A stretch of 64,000 nt of DNA, taken from the NCBI GenBank assembly GCA_963920595.1, contig OY986947.1, positions 186,001 through 250,000 of the forward strand, in the 5' to 3' direction. The position numbers and the translations under genes are program-made. The notes beneath the pieces were generated by a model, which was not told where the DNA came from, ran no database searches, and was given only the letters and a program-made list of their open reading frames with translations. Origin of the DNA: Eimeria praecox. Its lineage: Eukaryota. This document shows positions 52,401-64,000 of the stretch, one piece after another. Positions within the stretch are counted from its first letter, which is position 1; every line of letters starts with the position of its first letter.

Positions 52401-55400
52401 CTACACCAAGATCAACTGCCTCACAAAGAATGGCGCGCTTGAGACTATGGCAATAAAGCAGAATGCTAACTCAGCGGAAGCAACCATTTGCTTGCGCTGC
52501 TATTTTGCCTGCAAGCGCGAATCTCGCAGTCTGCGCTTTCTGGTGCAAAGGACGCGAATTCGCTATGCGCTGCCACTGGGAGCAATGTATTCTTCAGTAT
52601 TCCGGAGTTCTGCACTTCATTACACACAAACGCGTTAGACTGACGGGACCTCTTGCAGTCTGACATGTGCCACCATGTGTTAGCTGCAGGTTCCGCCAAA
52701 ACTGTTATTCATTTCAGTGGCACACCGGGCACTGTGTAGCACGGTGAGCGCGCTGGCGTACGCGTGAGGGCTGTTCGGGTGTGACGCACGTTCTGCAACG
52801 CCCAGCAGCTAAACTAGCTGAAACGTTGCGTGCACGCGTGCACGCCACTACTACTAACACTGCTGGATAACGCCAACGGCCTGCTGTACATGTGCTGCAC
52901 GCCGCTCCAACAATGCCACGTTGACAGCTAAGCTGCCACAAAGATAAGTAACTGCTAGTTCCTTCAGTTGCGCCAGTGGAGTAGTTGCCCAAGCATTGTA
53001 ATGTCGCCACCTGTCGTCGAGGTAACCAGCTTCCAAAGGACGGCGCCAACACCGTGAAATGCTTTCAGAAAAGGCGCCCGTTCCCAAGCCGCATGCACTG
53101 CATACTCGCATAATCCACATATTCCAGCAACTGGAAGCTCTCACAGCTGGCCGTAAAGGTCCAAACCCTCCAGCAAATGCTGTAGACCTGTCTCCGCTCG
53201 GCAGGTGCGTCAACGCATGCCTTAGTGTACTCTTTGAGTCCCAACGCACCAACTGACCCAATTTCCGACTTGCATCGCCCAAAGCAAATATGGCGGCTCG
53301 CCTCTGCCAGCAGTGGGCGCGAGGGAAGCAAAGTAATCTAACTCCACCGATGCACCCGTGCGCCACGTGAGGACATGCAGTGCGTCGGTGAGTCATGCGT
53401 AGAAATATGGATGCGCCAGCTTATCCCTGGCACACATATCAGCAGGCGCAGAAAAGGCAGAAACGGATCGCTGGGCAGACACGCTGTTGTCCACAAACCT
53501 TAAAGGCTTTCCGCCTTGACCAACAACGCTTCAGATCTCGTGAGGCAGCGTTAAATGCCAGCGAAATGCCTGTTTTACTGTTCTTGACGAATGTTAAAGA
53601 AAAGCATTTATACTCCAGCATCGTGCACAAAACAAACTTCGGACCAAGCAATCACACCTGAATACCCCTCTGTCGCACCATGCAAATCGCGCATGCTCAC
53701 GATGCCGACTATCGCAAACCCGGTGTTTTGTGCTCGGGATATTTCATTACCAGGGCCCGCAGCGCGTAGGTAAAGCTGCGCGCATTTCTCTGCCTTCTGA
53801 TCCTGGAGGCTTGCACAGTGCCAACGACATAAATAGTACAATATCAAATAAATCTACCACGACATTTAACACTCAGTTTCGCCGTGTAGTCCGCCTAACA
53901 CCACTCACTCAGCACCAGTTAAAAGATGGGCTTGACTCCTTCGACAAGATTCTCAGACAAACGCTGCGATGGCAGCACCGACTGGTGGTTGTATGTGGGG
54001 AGTTTCTGGTGCCGTACTTTCTGCGAAGACGAGGAACGTGCAAGCGAATTGCTTTCCTATGGCGGGCCTGCACTACAAATACGCTGAACGCATGCAAGCT
54101 TCATCGTATGAGGCAAGTATTGGCTCATCCATAGCAAGGGCCTAACGCGTTCTACTTTCGCTTTCCCACGCATACGCCCACTTCTGTGCATGCCATACCA
54201 ACCCAGACTACGGAGGCAAACCTGAATCATTGTCAAGTCAGCTAGGCAAATGCTACGCTGCAAACGCATTAGCGACCCTCTGTGCACTCAAGCGGCAAGG
54301 CCTACCGTGATTCAGGTATAAAGGACCCAAATGAGGAGCAATCCCAAAACATTTGGCCTGTTTGCCTCATAGACAAGCTGTTGGTACGTAACACAGCCAT
54401 GCACGTTCGAGGCACATGGCGGCCAAATGCCAACACGACGCTTAACTGGCAGTGCGTGTGCCACTGTGGAGCACTAACAGAAGGCAAACAAAGCAGCAGG
54501 GTTCACGCCTTACTGAGCATGCACCAACTTGCTGCTGCTGCGTGGACCCGACACCACGCCGAACTCTAATGCGCTGAAAATCCAAGCTAAGCTGCGCAAA
54601 GGCACTCATCCACTAAAGAGTCCCGATTCGACATACAGAGGTGTGATGGCGTGCAGCGCCTTAACAGTTCAAGGTCTGTGAGTGTGACATAATGCCAACT
54701 TCCTGCCCACTTCCTGCAGCAAGAAATGAACGCCACGACACAAACTGTGATACGCACTATTTTTGCGTCACTGAGCTTTGCGCTGATGCCGGTCGCCAGA
54801 GCCGGGTGCCATCACAAAGCGGCCAGCACGATCCCTACTGCCAAACCACCCAAGCTAACCGATCTAGCGAGCCTTAGCGTGCGCAGACGGACATCGCCAA
54901 CCCTCAAATCCCAACGATGCATCTGGCGTTTCCAGTGCTGTTCAACGATGCAAACACGCCAAATCGAACTTTTCTATGTTATGGATTGCTTAATGCTCTG
55001 ATGGTCCAGCGCAGACGCCGAACCCAACCTTTAATACTCGGCTGTCGTCAGGAGCTCGATAGCGCAATCATTATAAACTAGGGCACCTGCACCAGGGCTA
55101 GAGTCCATGAAGCTAGCATGTGTGAAGGCTTTGCGCAGTTAAATATGAAAGCAGAGACTAATTAACAGAAGAAAATATCTTTAGAGGATCTTGTCCAGCC
55201 ACCACTTGCATTGGGGCGCCCATGGGCAGAGGTTCCTCACTATCTTTGTTAAGCCGCATCAGGCATCGTGCCAAACAAGACAGCATGCGCACCCCCATGC
55301 CTGTACAGTATGGGCAAAAGCTCCTCAGCTGCATGCAACCAACAGGCGTTGACACTCGCCATACGGATATCTACAACTTCTTCCACCTGCAGTCGCGTTT

Positions 55401-58400
55401 GCAGCAAAACGTGCCAAGAAGCACACAGGAAGTCCAGGGCGTGAGGTTGAAGGGGCGCAAATCTCCTGCCGCCAACAAGCATGTGGGTCCCCTGCTGCAG
55501 CAACCACATGATTGTTCCGAAGTATTGACGCACTTGCTGCAGGAATAGGGAGCTTGGGAACAAACATCGGGACGTTTGGTGGGGCTGCTGCTCATCATGC
55601 AGAGATGCTGTATGAACTGCGTAAACCACAATACGGACCAAAACCGTGCTACAGCTGGCAAGCGAAACAACACTTCCAACACGCGTTGAGCACTACAGTG
55701 TTCCATAGAGACGTTAGGCATCCTTCTCTGGTAGCGCCGCTCTGCAGAGCAAGGATTTGCATCATCTGGCTTTGCCACAGTAGTATGTAGGTCCACAATG
55801 AGCAGCAAACGCACATTCAGCGCTGCAGCATATGCGCAAACAGACTAATAACCCCACACGTGACCAGCCGTCTGTGTACCGTCTTACAGCCTGCATCATG
55901 CTCAATGCCAAAAGCTATCCAGGAAAGAATCAAACGAGTGCGCCCTGGCCACACCGTCTCACCACCACGTATCTCCCGCAGTCCAGTCACACGCCCCAAA
56001 TATCATGTCAAATTCAACTCCCCAAAAGGGTACCCAAATCCAGAACATAAGACCGATATTGCGGTAGAGTACACCGTTGTCCTTGCGCCTTGGCAACCTC
56101 TTCGTGGCGCAGGCTACCCGAGACGAGCAAGGGGCCCAAACTGAAAGGATAGCTATGGCGGCACATGCATCAAGTTGCAATCCGCTACGCCCACGATGTC
56201 TACAGTCTTGCCACATGCGCTAGCCTGCTTAATGGGTAACCAGTGTACTGGCCTCAACTGCGCACCTCCAGAAAAAAATCATCGCGTAAATATCTGCTGA
56301 TTTAAGCAGTGCTGCCCGGGACAAGCTGCTTCAATTGACAATTACCATGGGCTACACCAAGATCAACTGCCTCACAAAGAATGGCGCGCTTGAGACTATG
56401 GCAATAAAGCAGAATGCTAACTCAGCGGAAGCAACCATTTGCTTGCGCTGCTATTTTGCCTGCAAGCGCGAATCTCGCAGTCTGCGCTTTCTGGTGCAAA
56501 GGACGCGAATTCGCTATGCGCTGCCACTGGGAGCAATGTATTCTTCAGTATTCCGGAGTTCTGCACTTCATTACACACAAACGCGTTAGACTGACGGGAC
56601 CTCTTGCAGTCTGACATGTGCCACCATGTGTTAGCTGCAGGTTCCGCCAAAACTGTTATTCATTTCAGTGGCACACCGGGCACTGTGTAGCACGGTGAGC
56701 GCGCTGGCGTACGCGTGAGGGCTGTTCGGGTGTGACGCACGTTCTGCAACGCCCAGCAGCTAAACTAGCTGAAACGTTGCGTGCACGCGTGCACGCCACT
56801 ACTACTAACACTGCTGGATAACGCCAACGGCCTGCTGTACATGTGCTGCACGCCGCTCCAACAATGCCACGTTGACAGCTAAGCTGCCACAAAAATAAGT
56901 AACTGCTAGTTCCTTCAGTTGCGCCAGTGGAATAGTTGCCCAAGCATTGTAATGTCGCCACCTGTCGTCGAGGTAACCAGCTTCCAAAGGACGGCGCCAA
57001 CACCGTGAAATGCTTTCAGAAAAGGCGCTCGTTCCCAAGCCGCATGCACTGCATACTCGCATAATCCACATATTCCAGCAACTGGAAGCTCTCACAGCTG
57101 GCCGTAAAGGTCCAAACCCTCCAGCAAATGCTGTAGACCTGTCTCCGCTCGGCAGGTGCGTCAACGCATGCCTTAGTGTACTCTTTGAGTCCCAACGCAC
57201 CAACTGACCCAATTTCCGACTTGCATCGCCCAAAGCAAATATGGCGGTTCGCCTCTGCCAGCCGTGGGCGCGAGGGAAGCAAAGTAATCTAACTCCACCG
57301 ATGCACCCGTGCGCCACGTGAGGACATGCAGTGCGTTGGTGAGTCATGCATAGAAATATGGATGCGTCAGCGTATCCCTGGCACACATATCAGCAAGCGC
57401 AGAAAAGGCAGAAACGGATCGCTGGGCAGACACGCTGTTGTCCACAAACCTTAAAGGCTTTCCGCCTTGACCAACAACGCTTCAGATCTCGTGAGGCAGC
57501 GTTAAATGCCAGCGAAATGCCTGTTTTACTGTTCTTGACGAATGTTAAAGAAAAGCATTTATACTCCAGCATCGTGCACAAAACAAACTTCGGACCAAGC
57601 AATCACACCTGAATACCCCTCTGTCGCACCATGCAAATCGCGCATGCTCACGATGCCGACTATCGCAAACCCGGTGTTTTGTGCTCGGGATATTTCATTA
57701 CCAGGGCCCGCAGCGCGTAGGTAAAGCTGCGCGCATTTCTCTGCCTTCTGATCCTGGAGGCTTGCACAGTGCCAACGACATAAATAGTACAATATCAAAT
57801 AAATCTACCACGACATTTAACACTCAGTTTCGCCGTGTAGTCCGCCTAACACCACTCACTCAGCACCAGTTAAAAGATGGGCTTGACTCCTTCGACAAGA
57901 TTCTCAGACAAACGCTGCGATGGCAGCACCGACTGGTGGTTGTATGTGGGGAGTTTCTGGTGCCGTACTTTCTGCGAAGACGAGGAACGTGCAAGCGAAT
58001 TGCTTTCCTATGGCGGGCCTGCACTACAAATACGCTGAACGCATGCAAGCTTCATCGTATGAGGCAAGTATTGGCTCATCCATAGCAAGGGCCTAACGCG
58101 TTCTACTTTCGCTTTCCCACGCATACGCCCACTTCTGTGCATGCCATACCAACCCAGACTACGGAGGCAAACCTGAATCATTGTCAAGTCAGCTAGGCAA
58201 ATGCTACGCTGCAAACGCATTAGCGACCCTCTGTGCACTCAAGCGGCAAGGCCTACCGTGATTCAGGTATAAAGGACCCAAATGAGGAGCAATCCCAAAA
58301 CATTTGGCCTGTTTGCCTCATAGACAAGCTGTTGGTACGTAACACAGCCATGCACGTTCGAGGCACATGGCGGCCAAATGCCAACACGACGCTTAACTGG

Positions 58401-61400
58401 CAGTGCGTGTGCCACTGTGGAGCACTAACAGAAGGCAAACAAAGCAGCAGGGTTCACGCCTTACTGAGCATGCACCAACTTGCTGCTGCTGCGTGGACCC
58501 GACACCACGCCGAACTCTAATGCGCTGAAAATCCAAGCTAAGCTGCGCAAAGGCACTCATCCACTAAAGAGTCCCGATTCGACATACAGAGGTGTGATGG
58601 CGTGCAGCGCCTTAACAGTTCAAGGTCTGTGAGTGTGACATAATGCCAACTTCCTGCCCACTTCCTGCAGCATGAAATGAACGCCACGACACAAACTGTG
58701 ATACGCACTATTTTTGCGTCACTGAGCTTTGCGCTGATGCCGGTCGCCAGAGCCGGGTGCCATCACAAAGCGGCCAGCACGATCCCTACTGCCAAACCAC
58801 CCAAGCTAACCGATCTAGCGAGCCTTAGCGTGCGCAGACGGACATCGCCAACCCTCAAATCCCAACGATGCATCTGGCGTTTCCAGTGCTGTTCAACGAT
58901 GCAAACACGCCAAATCGAACTTTTCTATGTTATGGATTGCTTAATGCTCTGATGGTCCAGCGCAGACGCCGAACCCAACCTTTAATACTCGGCTGTCGTC
59001 AGGAGCTCGATAGCGCAATCATTATAAACTAGGGCACCTGCACCAGGGCTAGAGTCCATGAAGCTAGCATGTGTGAAGGCTTTGCGCAGTTAAATATGAA
59101 AGCAGAGACTAATTAACAGAAGAAAATATCTTTAGAGGATCTTGTCCAGCCACCACTTGCATTGGGGCGCCCATGGGCAGAGGTTCCTCACTATCTTTGT
59201 TAAGCCGCATCAGGCATCGTGCCAAACAAGACAGCATGCGCACCCCCATGCCTGTACAGTATGGGCAAAAGCTCCTCAGCTGCATGCAACCAACAGGCGT
59301 TGACACTCGCCATACGGATATCTACAACTTCTTCCACCTGCAGTCGCGTTTGCAGCAAAACGTGCCAAGAAGCACACAGGAAGTCCAGGGCGTGAGGTTG
59401 AAGGGGCGCAAATCTCCTGCCGCCAACAAGCATGTGGGTCCCCTGCTGCAGCAACCACATGATTGTTCCGAAGTATTGACGCACTTGCTGCAGGAATAGG
59501 GAGCTTGGGAACAAACATCGGGACGTTTGGTGGGGCTGCTGCTCATCATGCAGAGATGCTGTATGAACTGCGTAAACCACAATACGGACCAAAACCGTGC
59601 TACAGCTGGCAAGCGAAACAACACTTCCAACACGCGTTGAGCACTACAGTGTTCCATAGAGACGTTAGGCATCCTTCTCTGGTAGCGCCGCTCTGCAGAG
59701 CAAGGATTTGCATCATCTGGCTTTGCCACAGTAGTATGTAGGTCCACAATGAGCAGCAAACGCACATTCAGCGCTGCAGCATATGCGCAAACAGACTAAT
59801 AACCCCACACGTGACCAGCCGTCTGTGTACCGTCTTACAGCCTGCATCATGCTCAATGCCAAAAGCTATCCAGGAAAGAATCAAACGAGTGCGCCCTGGC
59901 CACACCGTCTCACCACCACGTATCTCCCGCAGTCCAGTCACACGCCCCAAATATCATGTCAAATTCAACTCCCCAAAAGGGTACCCAAATCCAGAACATA
60001 AGACCGATATTGCGGTAGAGTACACCGTTGTCCTTGCGCCTTGGCAACCTCTTCGTGGCGCAGGCTACCCGAGACGAGCAAGGGGCCCAAACTGAAAGGA
60101 TAGCTATGGCGGCACATGCATCAAGTTGCAATCCGCTACGCCCACAATGTCTACAGTCTTGCCACATGCGCTAGCCTGCTTAATGGGTAACCAGTGTACT
60201 GGCCTCAACTGCGCACCTCCAGAAAAAAATCATCGCGTAAATATCTGCTGATTTAAGCAGTGCTGCCCGGGACAAGCTGCTTCAAGTGGCAATCATCATG
60301 GGGTACACCAAGATCAACTGCCTCACAAAGAATGGCGCGCTTGAGACTATGGCAATAAAGCAGAATGCTAACTCAGCGGAAGCAACCATTTGCTTGCGCT
60401 GCTATTTTGCCTGCAAGCGCGAATCTCGCAGTCTGCGCTTTCTGGTGCAAAGGACGCGAATTCGCTATGCGCTGCCACTGGGAGCAATGTATTCTTCAGT
60501 ATTCCGGAGTTCTGCACTTCATTACACACAAACGCGTTAGACTGACGGGACCTCTTGCAGTCTGACATGTGCCACCATGTGTTAGCTGCAGGCTCCGCCA
60601 AAACTGTTATTCATTTCAGTGGCACACCGGGCACTGCGTGGCACGGTGAGCGCGCTGGCGTACGCGTGAGGGCTGTTCGGGTGTGACGCACGTTCTGCAA
60701 CGCCCAGCAGCTAAACTAGCTGAAACGTTGCGTGCACGCGTGCACGCCACTACTACTAACACTGCTGGATAACGCCAACGGCCTGCTGTACATGTGCTGC
60801 ACGCCGCTCCAACAATGCCACGTTGACAGCTAAGCTGCCACAAAAATAAGTAACTGCTAGTTCCTTCAGTTGCGCCAGTGGAATAGTTGCCCAAGCATTG
60901 TAATGTCGCCACCTGTCGTCGAGGTAACCAGCTTCCAAAGGACGGCGCCAACACCGTGAAATGCTTTCAGAAAAGGCGCCCGTTCCCAAGCCGCATGCAC
61001 TGCATACTCGCATAATCCACATATTCCAGCAACTGGAAGCTCTCACAGCTGGCCGTAAAGGTCCAAACCCTCCAGCAAATGCTGTAGACCTGTCTCCGCT
61101 CGGCAGGTGCGTCAACGCATGCCTTAGTGTACTCTTTGAGTCCCAACGCACCAACTGACCCAATTTCCGACTTGCATCGCCCAAAGCAAATATGGCGGTT
61201 CGCCTCTGCCAGCCGTGGGCGCGAGGGAAGCAAAGTAATCTAACTCCACCGATGCACCCGTGCGCCACGTGAGGACATGCAGTGCGTTGGTGAGTCATGC
61301 ATAGAAATATGGATGCGTCAGCGTATCCCTGGCACACATATCAGCAGGCGCAGAAAAGGCAGAAACGGATCGCTGGGCAGACACGCTGTTGTCCACAAAC

Positions 61401-62489
61401 CTTAAAGGCTTTCCGCCTTGACCAACAACGCTTCAGATCTCGTGAGGCAGCGTTAAATGCCAGCGAAATGCCTGTTTTACTGTTCTTGACGAATGCTAAA
61501 GAAAAGCATTTATACTCCAGCATCGTGCACAAAACAAACTTCGGACCAAGCAATCACACCTGAATACCCCTCTGTCGCACCATGCAAATCGCGCATGCTC
61601 ACGATGCCGACTATCGCAAACCCGGTGTTTTGTGCTCGGGATATTTCATTACCAGGGCCCGCAGCGCGTAGGTAAAGCTGCGCGCATTTCTCTGCCTTCT
61701 GATCCTGGAGGCTTGCACAGTGCCAACGACATAAATAGTACAATATCAAATAAATCTACCACGACATTTAACACTCAGTTTCGCCGTGTAGTCCGCCTAA
61801 CACCACTCACTCAGCACCAGTTAAAAGATGGGCTTGACTCCTTCGACAAGATTCTCAGACAAACGCTGCGATGGCAGCACCGACTGGTGGTTGTATGTGG
61901 GGAGTTTCTGGTGCCGTACTTTCTGCGAAGACGAGGAACGTGCAAGCCAATTGCTTTCCTATGGCGGGCCTGCACTACAAATACGCTGAACTCATGCAAG
62001 CTTCATCATATGAGGCAAGTATTGGCTCACCCATAGCAAGGGCCTAACGCGTTCTACTTTCGCTTTCCCACGCATACGCCCACTTCTGTGCATGCCATAC
62101 CAACCCGAACTACAGAGGCAAACCTGAATCATTGTCAAGTCAGCTAGGCAAATGCCACGCTGCAAACGCATTAGCGACCCTCTGTGCCCTCAAGCGGCAA
62201 GGCCTACCGTGATTCAGGTATAAAGGACCCAAATGAGGAGCAATCCCAAAACATTTGGCCTGTTTGCCTCATAGACAAGCTGTTGGTACGTAACACAGCC
62301 ATGCACGTTCGAGGCACATGGCGGCCAAATGCCAACACGACGCTTAACTGGCAGTGCGTGTGCCACTGTGGAGCACTAACAGAAGGCAAACAAAGCAGCA
62401 GGGTTCACGCCTTACTGAGCATGCACCAACTTGCTGCTGCTGCGTGGACCCGACACCACGCCGAACTCTAATGCGCTGAAAATCCAAGC
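49458..62489. repeat. Tandem macrosatellite array B: 3.3 copies of a 3951-bp unit
   Basis: Units are 49458-53408, 53409-57359, 57360-61310 and a partial 61311-62489. ORF-track entries recur at exactly +3951 (49488, 53439, 57390, 61341). Only scattered SNPs and no net indels. Ends at AATCCAAGC|AAATTC. Confidence 0.98.
50243..53187 (-). CDS. Candidate micro-exons in the array B unit, possibly beta-propeller/WD40 strands (repeated at +3951 and +7902)
   Basis: AG|G...|GT/GC/GA-bounded segments: 53187-53167 VYSICWR; 51540-51515 GTHMLVGG; 51435-51409 VEEVVDIRM; 50270-50243 VCLRSLGWY (VCLCSSGWY in the last copy). I could not join them into one continuous frame. Confidence 0.25.
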
Positions 62490-62671
62490 AAATTCACACA
62501 GCATCATTAATCAACTCGAGAGCCCTGGCCTTGTGAACGCATGAGTAATGATGGACAGTGGTTTAGGCATTTAGGTTTAGTTCAATCTCCGTACAATACC
62601 GCTCGTCCACGGACTGTCTGTCATGCGGATCCGTGGTGCGCACTATAGTTGCGTTGTTGGCTTTGGTGTGC

Positions 62672-62674
<3 letters not shown>

Positions 62675-62747
<73 letters not shown>

Positions 62748-62880
62748 CTGTGTCTGTGTCTGCGTGTGTGTGTGTGTGTGTCTGTGTCTGCGTGTGTGTG
62801 TGTGTGTGTATGTCTGTGTCTGTGTCTGTGTTTGTGTGTGTGTGTGTGTGTGTGTCTGTGTGTGTGTGTGTGTCTGTGTC

Positions 62881-62916
<36 letters not shown>
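62675..62916. repeat. (TG)n microsatellite interrupted by TCTG/TGCG/TATG
   Basis: Direct reading of the sequence. Confidence 0.98.
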
Positions 62917-62920
<4 letters not shown>

Positions 62921-62955
62921 TACGTACGTACGTACGTACGTACGTACGCACGTAC

Positions 62956-63042
<87 letters not shown>
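62917..63042. repeat. (TACG)n followed by (TA)n microsatellite
   Basis: TACG repeats at ~62917-62955, then a nearly pure TA run to ~63042. Confidence 0.97.
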
Positions 63043-63660
<618 letters not shown>

Positions 63661-64000
63661 ATATGTGTATATGTGTATATGTGTATATGTGTATATGTGT
63701 ATATGCGTATATGTGTATATGTGTATATGTGTATATGTGTATATGTGTATATGTGTATATGTGTATATGTGTATATGTGTATATGTGTATATGTGTATAT
63801 GTGTATATGTGTATATGTGTATATGTGTATATGTGTATATGTGTATATGTGTATATGTGTATATGTGTATATGTGTATATGTGTATATGTGTATATGTGT
63901 ATATGTGTATATGTGTATATGTGTATATGTGTATATGTGTATATGTGTATATGTGTATATGTGTATATGTGTATATGTGTATATGTGTATATGTGTATAT
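63661..64000. repeat. (ATATGTGT)n octamer microsatellite, continues past the window end
   Basis: Direct reading; nearly perfect, with one GCGT variant at ~63706. Confidence 0.97.

Noticed and set aside
52..62471. Hundreds of 60-190 aa ORFs in the supplied track
   Set aside because: They overlap in all six frames, are Cys/Arg/Ser-rich with no recognisable domain, and gain or lose stops between repeat copies. They recur only because the DNA is repeated.
1..62489. Tandem transposon or LTR retroelement copies
   Set aside because: No transposase, RT or integrase motifs, terminal inverted repeats, LTR pairs or target-site duplications seen. The 500-bp duplication occurs only once.
63661..64000. 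Telomeric repeat at the window end
   Set aside because: ATATGTGT lacks the G-run of TTTAGGG/TTAGGG-type telomeres and grades from the adjacent microsatellite.

Overview
This is eukaryotic, intron-rich DNA with no credible long ORF; the six-frame ORF track is essentially noise. About 95% of the window is tandem repeat, in four parts. (1) Array A, 1-47384, open at the left edge, has 14 complete units in four structural classes (~4.3 kb full, ~2.1 kb short, ~1.77 kb short plus deletion, ~4.0 kb full plus deletion), one ~0.5 kb local duplication and mosaic SNP haplotypes. (2) A ~2.1 kb spacer whose right half looks like an old, diverged copy of the next repeat. (3) Array B, 49458-62489, has 3.3 near-identical 3951-bp units. 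(4) A compound microsatellite runs to the window end. Manual splicing of the minus strand shows three micro-exons in array A units (55+33+68 = 156 nt; GC-AG, GC-AG and GT donors). They join into a 52-aa WD40-like repeat, EKHDCLLTCFCWCSCKEADGATIATTSLDGLVRLWDCGMFAGLQQRACLQLQ. The cassette is phase 0-0, so copies could concatenate in frame; there are 11 complete copies and 3 orphan last exons. GC donors, mostly AG|G acceptors and micro-exons suggest a dinoflagellate-type genome (inference). The sequence alone cannot show whether this is an expressed variable-length WD40 gene or an amplified gene fragment.
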